Positions 39,147 to 49,376 of a stretch of 64,000 nucleotides of DNA are shown here, piece after piece. The notes below the pieces were generated by a model. That model was not told the DNA's origin, did not search any database, and saw only the letters and a list, made by a program, of their open reading frames with translations. Location: assembly GCA_963674945.2 (NCBI GenBank), contig CAXXWQ010000004.1, positions 192,001 to 256,000 on the forward strand. Reading direction: 5' to 3'. Each line of letters begins with the position of its first letter. The stretch's first letter is position 1. The position numbers were made by a program, and so were the translations under genes. Source of the DNA: an uncultured Desulfosarcina sp. GTDB taxonomy: Bacteria; Desulfobacterota; Desulfobacteria; Desulfobacterales; Desulfosarcinaceae.

Positions 39147-39183
39147 CTTGATATACTATTTTTTAGATAATATCAAGTTGTTA
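39147..39183. promoter_or_regulatory. Inverted repeat and IHF-like site upstream of pseB
   Basis: CTTGATAT-N15-ATATCAAG; TATCAAGTTGTTA fits WATCAANNNNTTR. Confidence 0.4.
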
Positions 39184-39364
39184 CATAGATATTCGCCTAA
39201 GTGAATGCTTTCTTCCGCACGAAAGATGAATAGCGATTCACCGGATGAATGTTTCATACGTTTGGGGTCGGAAACTCAGATGGAATATCGGAAAAATGTA
39301 CTGAAATTGGTATCGATTACAGACGTTACAAAGAAGATTGAATAGAGGCGACTCTCTTTTTTTA

Positions 39365-40558
39365 TCAGGCGACACCACTAAACCCGGTATACTCGTCATG
39401 ATCGGGATCGATTTCCATCCCTTCGGCGTCTTTTCCGTTGAATTTGAATATGATGTGTTGTGGATCGATGGTACCGTCGCCATTCTCATTTTGGGTGAGA
39501 CGAAAACCGATGGTGGCAGAACGCGTATCCTTATCGTAAATCACATAGTCGGGTATACACGGCGGGGTGATCTCAGTTTCGGCGATTTTATTGCCGAAGT
39601 TATAGGTTTTGGCCAAATTTCCTTCCATTGACCTGCTGATGGACCAATGTAAGGGATTTTCGATGGAGGTGCGATCCATATCCTTGTTGAACTGAAATTT
39701 CATGGTAAAGGACTTCGATGCCCCTGGCGTCTCCAAATAGGAATCCAACAAGGATAGTGGCGTATTCATCGTCATTTTGGAACGAAACGATGAGGTTCCC
39801 CAGGCGAAAAGGATCTTTGGGGATTCGACCTGGTCCATATAGGCTCTTAAATCCTCGGCCAAATCCTCATCCTTGTCTTCCAGGAACGCGACAATCTCTT
39901 CCGCTTCCTCCACCTCCCCCATATCGGCGTATGCATGGCCCATCTCATAATAGGCATCATAGTAATCTGCCTGTTTTCGGATGACTTTCTCGAACTCTTT
40001 GATGGCATCGTCGTATTGACCGTCTTTTGAAAAAACCTGCCCCAATCCATAATTTCCGTGGGGGCTGGTCGGTTCGATTCGCAAAACGGTCTGAAATTCC
40101 TTCTCGGCTTCGCTGAAACGATCGAGTTTCATCAAACCTTGGCCCAGTGAGTAATGATTCGCGGACGATGTGGGATTGATGCGAACTGCCTCTTTGTATT
40201 GAACCACCGCTTCATCGTATCGTTCTTCCGCGTAAAACAGATTTCCCAGGGCAGATCTTAAATCATCGGCCGAAGGATTGCGCTGGATGCCCTTTTCATA
40301 TGCCTCGATGGCTTTTTCGGTTTTTTCCAGACGAAGATAGGATTGGGATAGATATTTTATCGTATCCGAGGAAAAGGATGAAGTCGGGGAAAGGCTGATG
40401 GATTTTTCAAACTCCTGGGCCGCCTTTTCGTACTCTTTTTTCTGGTAATAATCGATACCACGACTCAGCGCCTGCTGGGATATGGCGTCCAGCCTGTACT
40501 GCTGATCCAACGAACTGACGAAAAATTTTTCGGCACTGATACCGATAAAATCTGCCAT
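39365..40558 (-). CDS. TPR protein with beta-rich C-terminal domain
   Basis: About 6 TPRs, then beta-strand-rich tail (FTMKFQFNKDMD...DGTIDP...FKF). Confidence 0.8.
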   Translation of the reverse strand: MADFIGISAEKFFVSSLDQQYRLDAISQQALSRGIDYYQKKEYEKAAQEFEKSISLSPTSSFSSDTIKYLSQSYLRLEKTEKAIEAYEKGIQRNPSADDLRSALGNLFYAEERYDEAVVQYKEAVRINPTSSANHYSLGQGLMKLDRFSEAEKEFQTVLRIEPTSPHGNYGLGQVFSKDGQYDDAIKEFEKVIRKQADYYDAYYEMGHAYADMGEVEEAEEIVAFLEDKDEDLAEDLRAYMDQVESPKILFAWGTSSFRSKMTMNTPLSLLDSYLETPGASKSFTMKFQFNKDMDRTSIENPLHWSISRSMEGNLAKTYNFGNKIAETEITPPCIPDYVIYDKDTRSATIGFRLTQNENGDGTIDPQHIIFKFNGKDAEGMEIDPDHDEYTGFSGVA

Positions 40559-40599
40559 CTTGATTCCCCTGTTTCGAAACCAAATTTCATGCAGTACAA

Positions 40600-40627
40600 T
40601 TATCGGCAGCCAGACGCCCTGGCTTTA
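40600..40627 (-). promoter_or_regulatory. sigma28 (FliA)-type promoter
   Basis: TAAA-N16-GCCGATAA, about 40 bp upstream of the TPR gene ATG. Confidence 0.65.
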
Positions 40628-40720
40628 GTATTCTTTCCGTAAAAGCCCCTTTTTAAAGTAATACATAGTTCTTTCCAGTCCCTCTTCCAGCGGGACTGTC
40701 GGTCGCCAGCTCAATTCATC
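40625..40720 (-). pseudogene. C-terminal relic of an NAD-dependent sugar epimerase/dehydratase
   Basis: DELSWRPTVPLEEGLERTMYYFKKGLLRKEY* resembles the extended-SDR C-terminus LGWxPxVxLEEGLxRTxxYF; no start. Confidence 0.65.
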
Positions 40721-40985
40721 ACACAAACTCAATGGCAAACCCGAAGCGATTCTTCCGCAGAACCTTGGCTCTGCGGTTCACGCTTGTTTGGCCATTGGTG
40801 AAGGGGATACTGATGGAAATCACATCCGATTTGTCCACCAGATTCGGAGACGATGTCATCACGAAGGCACCACCCATACTGAGATCCTTCAATGTACCTG
40901 TATATGTATGGCCCTTGATCGTAAAAATGATGTCGGTGGTATATCGTTTTCGATCATACACTCTTCTAAAATCGTTTTCCCCCAT
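40719..40985 (-). CDS. PilZ domain protein
   Basis: RRVYDR (RxxxR) and DLSMGG (DxSxxG) c-di-GMP motifs; RBS AGGAG. Confidence 0.85.
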   Translation of the reverse strand: MGENDFRRVYDRKRYTTDIIFTIKGHTYTGTLKDLSMGGAFVMTSSPNLVDKSDVISISIPFTNGQTSVNRRAKVLRKNRFGFAIEFV

Positions 40986-41051
40986 TAGTATTCTGCTCCT
41001 ACTTTCTTGGTTGATCCAATGCAAGTGTACGCAAGCCTTGTTCCAAACGCC

Positions 41052-41477
41052 TTATTTCTTTCGACGAGCCAGCGCCTTTCGTTCGGCGTTCAGTTCGGAG
41101 AGCAGGCTGGATAGGGACCAATTCTCGGAAGTGGGTGTCAGCACGGCCCATAACGTCTGGCGCATGCCGGTCTTTCGGCAGGTGGACATCAGTGCATGAA
41201 GCTGTTTCTCTGTTATCCCCCCGACGATAACGGCGCGATCCAGCGTCGACGCCTTCCCTTCTCCGGTGCCATGGGGCAGGTCAAACAGGTTGGAAAGGGT
41301 GTCGTCTTGACGCGCTTCATCCACCCAGACGACCGGAAGCTCCGCCAAACCCGCCATCTGCAAAACGGTGCCAAACTTTGACTGGGCCGGAACAGGAAAA
41401 CCGCAAAGAAGTAATTTTCGCGTTCCGTAAAGGGCTCGATCGGAATGGGTCACGCGCTCGAAACCGCCATCGTTCAT
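41052..41477 (-). CDS. DUF3783-like protein
   Basis: C-terminal LWAVLTPTSENWSLSSLLSELNAER. Confidence 0.7.
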   Translation of the reverse strand: MNDGGFERVTHSDRALYGTRKLLLCGFPVPAQSKFGTVLQMAGLAELPVVWVDEARQDDTLSNLFDLPHGTGEGKASTLDRAVIVGGITEKQLHALMSTCRKTGMRQTLWAVLTPTSENWSLSSLLSELNAERKALARRKK

Positions 41478-41776
41478 TGGTCCCCCTGTATCTGTATAAC
41501 CCATCGAGTATTTTCAAGATGCCTCGGACCAGGTCTCAAGGATACTAAGAAACTCGTTATCCAAAATCATTCATACCATATCTCTATAAAGAGCTTTTCC
41601 CGAATTTTTAATCGATCGGCAAAGTAAACAAAAAACGAATTTCTTTCATGCGATTGTTTGGCCATGCGTGGCCTGGAAAAGCTTTTTACGATATTTTTCC
41701 AACGGATGCAATCGACCCGGAAAAAGACATTGACAATTCGTGGATTTTCCGATGCCGGATCCATTTCCCCACCCAA

Positions 41777-42478
41777 TCAGACCCCGCGACATCCGGTCAA
41801 ACGGGCATGCTTTCGGCTGCCCGGATATTGCCGACAGATGGTAGGCCGCAAGTCATGGATGGTGCAAATGAAGCGATTCTGATCGGCATCTCTCTTCAGC
41901 CATGGGCAGCCTTCGGCAAAACGGTTGGTTCCGGGCACCATCCAGATGCGGCATGCGACGACGCGTCCATGTTCACGAACCGTTCCCACCCATTGGAGGA
42001 TATCGGTTCTCCCCAGTTCCCGCCACCACCGATAGTCATCCAGGGTGCATCCATCCCGATAATCCAGCGTTCGACAGCAATGGCCGCAGCGTTTACAAAT
42101 GAAATCAGCCATATCGGTATGAAACCAGACACCGGCAGGTGAATCGGGTGATTCGCCGCCCGTGACACAAACGTTGGTTCCGAACACCATCGTACAGATG
42201 CGGGCCAGGTCCTCCGGTGACGGGAAAGATCGTCGTAATTGGGCCACGATCCTCGCCTTCAGATCATCTGCGGTGCAGTGGACGAGTTTGTCTTTGCCGG
42301 AAATTTTTGCCCACGCCGATTGGTTGTGCTGATCTTGCTGAATGTAGGCATCTTTACCGAATACCATCGGCCAGATGGTTGACAGCAGATTGAACTGAAA
42401 CGGGTACTGGACAAATGCCATCCTGACGGATTCCAGCGCTTGTTCCACGGTGAGAAAGAGTCTTTTTTTTCCTGACAT
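41777..42478 (-). CDS. YkgJ-family cysteine-cluster (zinc/iron-chelating) protein
   Basis: CKRCGHCC, CPWL, CTIHDLRPTICRQYP. Confidence 0.85.
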   Translation of the reverse strand: MSGKKRLFLTVEQALESVRMAFVQYPFQFNLLSTIWPMVFGKDAYIQQDQHNQSAWAKISGKDKLVHCTADDLKARIVAQLRRSFPSPEDLARICTMVFGTNVCVTGGESPDSPAGVWFHTDMADFICKRCGHCCRTLDYRDGCTLDDYRWWRELGRTDILQWVGTVREHGRVVACRIWMVPGTNRFAEGCPWLKRDADQNRFICTIHDLRPTICRQYPGSRKHARLTGCRGV

Positions 42479-42812
42479 GTCACCCTCCTCCCTTGATCCA
42501 TTTATCGCTTCAATGAAATTTTATAATCAACAAAGGCACCAACGCCGGAAGACGATCTCAACAGTCTTAGATAAAAGATGGAACCCTGCGCAGACAAAAC
42601 CGCTATCGAAGATAATCCCGTAGTGTATCGAAAATAACTATTGACTTATGTCCTGATTTTAGAATAAGTTCCCCGAACTTTTATTGGCGTGTCCAAATTA
42701 TAATCCTCGAACCAATCCCCTGAAAAAGTAGCCTTTTTTATACCAAGACGCCGGGCTCCGATGGTGTAAGAGTGACGCTTGGCATCGATAAAACAGGCGT
42801 GGAAGGGAACCT

Positions 42813-44768
42813 ATGGATCTGTTTTTTCTGTCGATTCTGATCATCGTGGCAGGAGGTGCACTCTCCCTTTTGTCCCATCGGCAATTCACATTCATGAAAA
42901 TTTTTGCCGTTTTCGGTATCGGCGCCGGCAGTTGTCTCGGCATGCTCGATGCCATATCCAAGCTGATCCACGATGGCGTTTTCATAGCATCATACACCTA
43001 TCTCAACGCACTGTCGCTCTCTTTTCACATGGACGGCCTGTCTGCCTTTTTTCTGGTTGCCATTTTCGGGATTTGCCTGCTATCGGCCCTTTACAGCTTT
43101 CACTATATGGACAACCGGGAACAGACCCTTGGCACTGCCGTCAATTATTTTTTCTTCAGCCTCCTGGTCGCTTCCATGGCGCTGGTTGTGGTCGCCGACA
43201 ATATGATCTCTTTTCTTTTGGCATGGGAAATGATGTCCCTCTCCTCTTTTTTCCTGGTAATTCACGATCATCAACATGCGGATAACCGAAAAGCCGGCTA
43301 CCTGTACTTCATCTTTTCCCATGTAGGGGCCATGTTCATTATCGCTTCTTTCGGTGTCATATTCGGCTTCACGGGCAGTTTCGCGTTGGATGCCACCGGT
43401 CTTTCCCATGGGGCCAAAATAACGGCCTTCATCCTGGCATTCATCGGTTTCGGCTCAAAGGCCGGTGTATTTCCCTTCCATGTCTGGCTGCCCCATGCCC
43501 ATCCGGCGGCACCATCCCACATCAGTGCCGTCATGTCCGGCGTGATGATCAAGACAGGCATCTACGGCATCCTGCGCATGTACGGCATTCTGCAGCTTCA
43601 CACCCCCACCATCGGCACCATGATCCTGGTTTTCGGCGTGGCCTCCGGCATCCTGGGTGTGGTCTACGCCTTGGGACAGCATGATCTCAAACGACTGCTC
43701 GCCTACCACAGCGTCGAAAACATCGGCATCATTCTCATCGGCATCGGCATCGGCATGATCGGTGTGGAAGTAAAAAATCCCGTCATGGCCGTCTTCGGAT
43801 TTGGCGGTGGCCTGCTCCACGTGCTCAACCACGCCATTTTCAAGTCCCTGCTTTTCATGGGCGCCGGTGTGGTGCTGCACAAGACGGGAACGCGATCCAT
43901 CGATGCCCTTGGCGGACTGTTGAAGAACATGAAGATTACCGGCATCACCTTTCTCGTCGGCTCGCTTGCCATATCCGGACTGCCGCCCTTCAACGGCTTC
44001 GTCAGCGAATTTTTCATCTATGTGGGTAGTTTCAAGGGGATATCCGCCTCATCACCGGCATTTGTGACGAGTCTGTTGGCAATCGTCAGCCTGGCCATCA
44101 TCGGCGGATTGGCACTGGCCTGTTTTACCAAAGTCGTCGGCGTGGTCTTCCAGGGCGAACCGAGGAGCAAGGCGGCGCAAGATGTGGAGGAAAAAGGTTC
44201 CACCATGCTTATTCCCATGGTCATTCTCGCCGCCGCCTGCGGCATCATCGGGGTATTCCCCGGTGCCTTCATCTTCATGGTCCACAAAGGTGTTGCATCT
44301 TTAGGATTGGATTACGGGCGCATTCCCATGGAACCCTTTGCCCACGTTTCGGCCAACATCACATTGGGGGCGGCCCTTTTTCTTGCCGCGATGCTGCTGG
44401 TATCGGCCATACGAAAGATGGCCTACGCAACAAAACCGATCGGCAGCAGCGGAACCTGGGGTTGCGGCTTCACCCAGCCCACCACCCGGATGCAGTATAC
44501 CGGTTCTTCCTATGCCGCATCCATCCTGGACTTTTTTAAACCGGCGGCGCCACTGGAAGAGACCCATCCACCGGTAAAGGGCCTCTTTCCCGAGGCGACC
44601 CATTACCACAGCCATGTTCATGACATCGTCGAAAGAAACTTGGACGTTATGATCGTCAGGCCGGTGATGTGGCTGTTCGATAAATTGCGCTGGATTCAGC
44701 ATGGGGACATTCACCTTTATATCGGTTACATCCTTTTGGCCATCATCGTATTGCTCTTTTTCGTATGA
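42813..44768 (+). CDS. hyfB: Antiporter-like membrane subunit (HyfB/NuoL-like) of Hyf/Ehr complex
   Basis: WEMMS, GFGSKAG, HVWLPHAHPAAPSHISAVMSG, LKRLLAYHSVENIG, NHAIFKSLLF, RMQYT. Confidence 0.85.
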   Translation: MDLFFLSILIIVAGGALSLLSHRQFTFMKIFAVFGIGAGSCLGMLDAISKLIHDGVFIASYTYLNALSLSFHMDGLSAFFLVAIFGICLLSALYSFHYMDNREQTLGTAVNYFFFSLLVASMALVVVADNMISFLLAWEMMSLSSFFLVIHDHQHADNRKAGYLYFIFSHVGAMFIIASFGVIFGFTGSFALDATGLSHGAKITAFILAFIGFGSKAGVFPFHVWLPHAHPAAPSHISAVMSGVMIKTGIYGILRMYGILQLHTPTIGTMILVFGVASGILGVVYALGQHDLKRLLAYHSVENIGIILIGIGIGMIGVEVKNPVMAVFGFGGGLLHVLNHAIFKSLLFMGAGVVLHKTGTRSIDALGGLLKNMKITGITFLVGSLAISGLPPFNGFVSEFFIYVGSFKGISASSPAFVTSLLAIVSLAIIGGLALACFTKVVGVVFQGEPRSKAAQDVEEKGSTMLIPMVILAAACGIIGVFPGAFIFMVHKGVASLGLDYGRIPMEPFAHVSANITLGAALFLAAMLLVSAIRKMAYATKPIGSSGTWGCGFTQPTTRMQYTGSSYAASILDFFKPAAPLEETHPPVKGLFPEATHYHSHVHDIVERNLDVMIVRPVMWLFDKLRWIQHGDIHLYIGYILLAIIVLLFFV

Positions 44769-44853
44769 TGCAACGAATGATCCCCTGCCATTGGGATGGA
44801 ACCTATCGGAGACCACATGATCGATTTTCTTCTCTTTGCCATAGGAAAAGCCA

Positions 44854-45774
44854 ATGATTGAATCCTTTTTGCTTTGGGTCTTCGCACTGTTGACGGCCCC
44901 CTTGTTCGCCGGGGTCATTTTCAAAGTGAAGGCGTTTTTCGGCGGCCGCAAAGGCTCTCCGCTGCTCATCAACTATTACACCCTGACCAAATTGACGAAA
45001 AAAGGTTCGGTCTACAGCAACAGCACCACCTTCGTTTTCAAGCTGGGCCCCATCGTCTCTTTAAGCGCTGCAGCCACGGTGCTCCTTTTCCTGCCCATCG
45101 CCGGCCACACACCGGTAATCTCCTTTGAGGGCGACGTCATCTTCATCCTCTACCTTCTGGGACTGGCCCGTTTTTTCACCATCGCCGCAGCCATGGATAC
45201 CGCTTCTCCCTTCGAAGGCATGGGAGCGGCCCGGGAGGCCTATTTTCCCATCATCTGTGAAGCCAGTATGTTCATGATTTTGATTCTCTTTTACCGCCTC
45301 ACCGGCGAATTGTGTCTGGCCAGTTACTTTTGCATGGAACAGCCCTTCGGATTCTGGCAAACGGCCGGGTCTCCCTTGCTGTTCGTCATCATCGCCTTCT
45401 TCATCATCCTTCTCACGGAAAATGCCCGGGTCCCCGTGGACGATCCGGCCACCCACCTGGAGCTGACCATGATCCATGAGGTCATGGTGTTGGATCATAG
45501 CGGACCGGATTTGGGTTTCATCGAGATGGGTGCCTTTCTCAAGATGTTTTTCTATTCAGCCATTGTCGCCCGATTGGTCCTTCCCTTCGAACTGGGCCAT
45601 CCGCTGCTGAATCTTGCCCTGTTCTCGGCTGGCGTGTCGATCGTATATGTGGCAGTAGGCGTCGTTGAATCGATAATGGCCCGATATCGTATGGACCGGG
45701 TTCCCAAATTCGTGCTCACCAGTTTTGCCCTTGCCTTTTTCGCAACCGTCATCACACTGGAGTTTTTGCAATGA
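44854..45774 (+). CDS. hyfC: HyfC/HycD/NuoH-like membrane subunit
   Basis: GRKG, SPFEGMGAARE, ENARVPVDDPATHLELTMIHE. Confidence 0.85.
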   Translation: MIESFLLWVFALLTAPLFAGVIFKVKAFFGGRKGSPLLINYYTLTKLTKKGSVYSNSTTFVFKLGPIVSLSAAATVLLFLPIAGHTPVISFEGDVIFILYLLGLARFFTIAAAMDTASPFEGMGAAREAYFPIICEASMFMILILFYRLTGELCLASYFCMEQPFGFWQTAGSPLLFVIIAFFIILLTENARVPVDDPATHLELTMIHEVMVLDHSGPDLGFIEMGAFLKMFFYSAIVARLVLPFELGHPLLNLALFSAGVSIVYVAVGVVESIMARYRMDRVPKFVLTSFALAFFATVITLEFLQ

Positions 45775-46412
45775 TTCATCCGGTCGATACCATTTTATCC
45801 CTGGCACTTTTGTCGATTCTCTTCTCCTTTGGATCGAGCCGCCTTCCGAGCCTGATCAAAATGCTATCATTTCAAGGCATCGTGGTGTGCATCGTTCCCC
45901 TTTTCATCGGCCACGAAATGGGCACCGGCGGACTCGTCTTTACCATCGTCACAACGGCCATTCGCGGCATCATCATTCCCGGCTGCATCTTTTTGGCCAT
46001 CAAGCGGGTGGCCATCCAGCGGGAGGTTCAGCCCATCGTGGGATATCATGCCTCCATTTTTGCCGGCCTCTTGCTCATCGTCGGTGCGGCCTTTGCCAGC
46101 CACCATTTTGATGCGCCCTACAGCAGTGCGAGTTCCCTTTTATTGCCAACGGCGATCACGCTTTTGGGTGCCGGTATGTTTTTTCTCATGGCACGGCGCA
46201 ACGCCATCGCCATGGTCATCGGATACATCATGATGGAAAACGGCATCTACCTGGTGGGCACCACCTTTTCCATGCGTGCCCGTCTGATCGTGGAGTTCGG
46301 CATCCTTCTCGACGTGCTGGCCGGTGTCATGATTATGGCCATCATCCTGCAAAACATTGAACAGACCTTTGAAGATGTGGACACTGCCCGTCTGCGAACC
46401 CTAAAGGAATAG
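45771..46412 (+). CDS. hyfE: HyfE-like membrane subunit
   Basis: Hydrophobic; IGYIMMENG, VEFGILLDV. Confidence 0.8.
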   Translation: MIHPVDTILSLALLSILFSFGSSRLPSLIKMLSFQGIVVCIVPLFIGHEMGTGGLVFTIVTTAIRGIIIPGCIFLAIKRVAIQREVQPIVGYHASIFAGLLLIVGAAFASHHFDAPYSSASSLLLPTAITLLGAGMFFLMARRNAIAMVIGYIMMENGIYLVGTTFSMRARLIVEFGILLDVLAGVMIMAIILQNIEQTFEDVDTARLRTLKE

Positions 46413-46423
46413 GTGACCCATTC

Positions 46424-47845
46424 ATGCTTGAGATCGTATTTCTGCTACCACTGGTAACCGGCACGATTGCCTTTTTCCTTCCCAAGAATGCGGGAAGAGT
46501 GTTTCTGGTGCTCACCGGCGCCCTCCACCTGTTTCTCTCCGTAATGGTCTGGTCGGGCACACTGGCACCACGATTTCCCGAATATTTCGCCGTGACACCG
46601 GAAGGCCTGCTCTCCCTTCTGGTCATATCACTGCTCTTTTTCCTCATCTCTATTTATACCCTTGGCTACCTCAAGGCGTCAGATATTCAGTCGGAGCCCA
46701 TCTTCACCGGTTCCATGCTGCTGTTTTTGTCCACCATGACCATGGTCACCGTATCCGATCATATCATGGTCATGTGGATCGCCATCGAAGCAACGACCAT
46801 TGCCAGCGCACCGCTCATCTACACCCATCGATCAGCCCTGTCCCTGGAGGCCACCTGGAAGTATGTACTTATCTGCTCGGTGGGCATCGCCCTGGCTCTG
46901 TTGGGGTCGGTGCTGGTCACAGTGGCCATGGACGTTGGCAAGGTAGATGCGGCCATCTCCTTCTCCGCCCTCACGGAGGCAGCCCATCAACTGGATCCCA
47001 TGTGGCTCAAAGCCGGATTCGTCTTCATTCTCGTCGGCTACGGAACCAAGATGGGGCTGGCCCCCATGCACACCTGGCTGCCCGACGCACACAGCGAGGC
47101 ACCCAGCCCGGCATCCGCCCTTCTCTCCGGCGTACTGCTCAACTGCGCCTACCTGGGAATCTTCAAGACCAACAAGATCATGCACGCCGCGGGGCTTTCC
47201 GACTTTTCGGGCCCCATACTCATCGTGTTCGGCCTTGTTTCCATCATGGCGGCAGCCACCTTTATCCTCCGACAGACCGAATACAAACGGATGCTGGCTT
47301 ACTCCAGCATCGAAAACATGGGTATCATCGCTTTCGGCACCGGCATCGGAGGGCTGGGCGCCTTTGGGGCGATGATTTGTCTGATCCATCACAGTCTGAT
47401 CAAATCCAGCCTGTTTCTCACTTCGGGAAATATCCTATTGGGATTCGGCAGTCGGATGATCGATGAGACCGGCGCGCTGGCAAGGCGCATGCCGAAAACC
47501 TTCGTTGCCTTTTTCTCAGGCTTCGCCGCCGTTTCAGGATTTCCTCCTTTCGGTATTTTCATCGGCGAAGTGATGATCATCATCGGTGCCTTCAAGGCGG
47601 CACATCACGTGGGTGTTGCCTTGTTCATCCTTTCCATGTGCGTCATCTTCGCCGGGTTCGCCAATAACATCATGAAGATCTCCTTTCGCCCCATAGAAAT
47701 CTCAGTCGATTTGAATGAAACGACCGGCATGGTATGGCCCCAATACGCCCTGCTTCTCACGTCTCTGATCCTTTGTATCTGGATGCCGGACACCTTGTAC
47801 CAGACCATCGCACAAGCGGTGAACGCCATCGGTGGAGGAGTGTAA
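46424..47845 (+). CDS. hyfF: HyfF-like antiporter subunit
   Basis: WIAIEATT, EATWKY, GYGTKMGLAPMHTWLPDAHSEAP, KRMLAYSS. Confidence 0.88.
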   Translation: MLEIVFLLPLVTGTIAFFLPKNAGRVFLVLTGALHLFLSVMVWSGTLAPRFPEYFAVTPEGLLSLLVISLLFFLISIYTLGYLKASDIQSEPIFTGSMLLFLSTMTMVTVSDHIMVMWIAIEATTIASAPLIYTHRSALSLEATWKYVLICSVGIALALLGSVLVTVAMDVGKVDAAISFSALTEAAHQLDPMWLKAGFVFILVGYGTKMGLAPMHTWLPDAHSEAPSPASALLSGVLLNCAYLGIFKTNKIMHAAGLSDFSGPILIVFGLVSIMAAATFILRQTEYKRMLAYSSIENMGIIAFGTGIGGLGAFGAMICLIHHSLIKSSLFLTSGNILLGFGSRMIDETGALARRMPKTFVAFFSGFAAVSGFPPFGIFIGEVMIIIGAFKAAHHVGVALFILSMCVIFAGFANNIMKISFRPIEISVDLNETTGMVWPQYALLLTSLILCIWMPDTLYQTIAQAVNAIGGGV

Positions 47846-49359
47846 TGACCATGAATTTCAAGACCATCGGAAACGGACAGGCGACTGCCCTGGACAGCAT
47901 CCCCCACCTTCCATTCGCGGATTTTTCCTCCCAGGCGTTGGATATCGTCGCCAACGGCGGCAAAATCGTCCAATTCTTCGCCTATGCGCGGGGAGAGACC
48001 GTTCGGTTGATGGCCGTATTGCGGACGGCCGATGAACTGCTGATTGCCGGCTGCGACGCCCCCGTGGCCTATCCGTCACTGACGGCGCGATGTGCCCCCT
48101 TTCATATGTTCGAACGGGAGATCGCCGAACAATACGGCATCCGGCCCGAAGGTCATCCGTGGCTCAAAATGGTTCGCTACCACCCCAACTGGCGTGGCGT
48201 CGACGATGTCTTCGGCAACGACTACGATGAAGATATTCCCGGCAGATATGACTACTATCAGGTTGCCGGCGAAGAGATCCACGAGGTGGCCGTGGGCCCG
48301 GTGCATGCCGGCGTCATCGAACCGGGGCATTTCCGGTTCAACTGTATCGGAGAACGGGTCCTCAACCTGGAAATCCAGTTGGGCTATCAACACCGCGGTG
48401 CGGAACAACTACTGGTGGCAGCGGATCCAAAACGGATTGCCTTCATCACGGAAAATATCGCCGGAGACACCTCCGTGGGTCATGGTCTGTGCCATAGCCA
48501 GGCAGTGGAAGCGCTTTCCGATACCGCCATCGACGAAGGTGCCAAAATCATCCGTACCATCGGTCTGGAGCTGGAACGTATCGCCAACCACGTGGGAGAT
48601 CTTGGTGCGTTGAGCGGCGACGTCGCCTTCCTCCCACCGGCCAACTACTGCGGCCGGATGCGCGGAGATTTTCTCAATATGTCCCTCTTGATTTGCGGGA
48701 ATCGGTTCGGAAAGGGATTGGTACGTCCAGGCGGTGTTCGGTTTCCCATCGACGAGGAGAACCGCCGCGATCTGAACGCCCGCATCGGCGAGCTCAAGCC
48801 CCAGGTGATTCACACGATCGACCTGCTGCTTTTATCCACGCCCAGCGTTCGTGCCCGTTTCGAAGGATGCGGCGCCGTCAGCCGAACCGATGCGGAGGAT
48901 CTGGGGCTGGTGGGGCCCGCCGGCCGTGCCTGTGGCATCGCCTACGACGTTCGGCGATGCTTTCCCACCGAACACTACGTCCGGATGGAAATTCCCGAGA
49001 ATGCCGAAACCACGGGAGACGTGTATGCACGGGCAAAGGTCAGGGCCGACGAGGTGATACAGTCTATGGACATTATTCAATCGCTTCTGTCAGCGCCCAT
49101 CACCACCAGAACCATCGATGGTGATCCCCTGCCCCTTTCGCCGGATTCCTTTGTTGTCACCGTCAACGAGGCGTGGCGGGGTGAATTGTCCCACTGTATC
49201 CTCACCGATGCAGACGGCGGAATCCTCCGGTACAAGGTCAAGGATCCGTCGTTTCACAATTGGAACGGTTTGTCCATGTCTCTGCGGAACACCGGTATTT
49301 CCGACTTTCCGCTGAACAACAAGAGCTACAACCTGTCTTATTGCGGCTTTGATCTTTAA
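47845..49359 (+). CDS. HyfG/HycE-like (NuoC+D) large subunit lacking NiFe-binding CxxC motifs (Ehr type)
   Basis: FEREIAE, VGPVHAGVIEPGHFRF, LGYQHRG, ELERIANH, KDPSF; ENIAGD and SYNLSYCGFDL replace RxCxxC and DPCxxC. Confidence 0.88.
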   Translation: MTMNFKTIGNGQATALDSIPHLPFADFSSQALDIVANGGKIVQFFAYARGETVRLMAVLRTADELLIAGCDAPVAYPSLTARCAPFHMFEREIAEQYGIRPEGHPWLKMVRYHPNWRGVDDVFGNDYDEDIPGRYDYYQVAGEEIHEVAVGPVHAGVIEPGHFRFNCIGERVLNLEIQLGYQHRGAEQLLVAADPKRIAFITENIAGDTSVGHGLCHSQAVEALSDTAIDEGAKIIRTIGLELERIANHVGDLGALSGDVAFLPPANYCGRMRGDFLNMSLLICGNRFGKGLVRPGGVRFPIDEENRRDLNARIGELKPQVIHTIDLLLLSTPSVRARFEGCGAVSRTDAEDLGLVGPAGRACGIAYDVRRCFPTEHYVRMEIPENAETTGDVYARAKVRADEVIQSMDIIQSLLSAPITTRTIDGDPLPLSPDSFVVTVNEAWRGELSHCILTDADGGILRYKVKDPSFHNWNGLSMSLRNTGISDFPLNNKSYNLSYCGFDL

Positions 49360-49376
49360 AAGAGAGCGATGTAACC

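Noticed and set aside
42640..42812. Possible riboswitch in the Ehr leader
   Set aside because: No recognisable aptamer consensus by eye; would need an Rfam/Infernal scan
44817..44861. Short ORF MIDFLLFAIGKAND with an RBS between hyfB and hyfC
   Set aside because: Only 14 codons; cannot be distinguished from chance or a decayed duplicate start
47845..49359. Calling the complex a true [NiFe] hydrogenase 4 / formate hydrogenlyase
   Set aside because: Both Ni-binding CxxC motifs are absent
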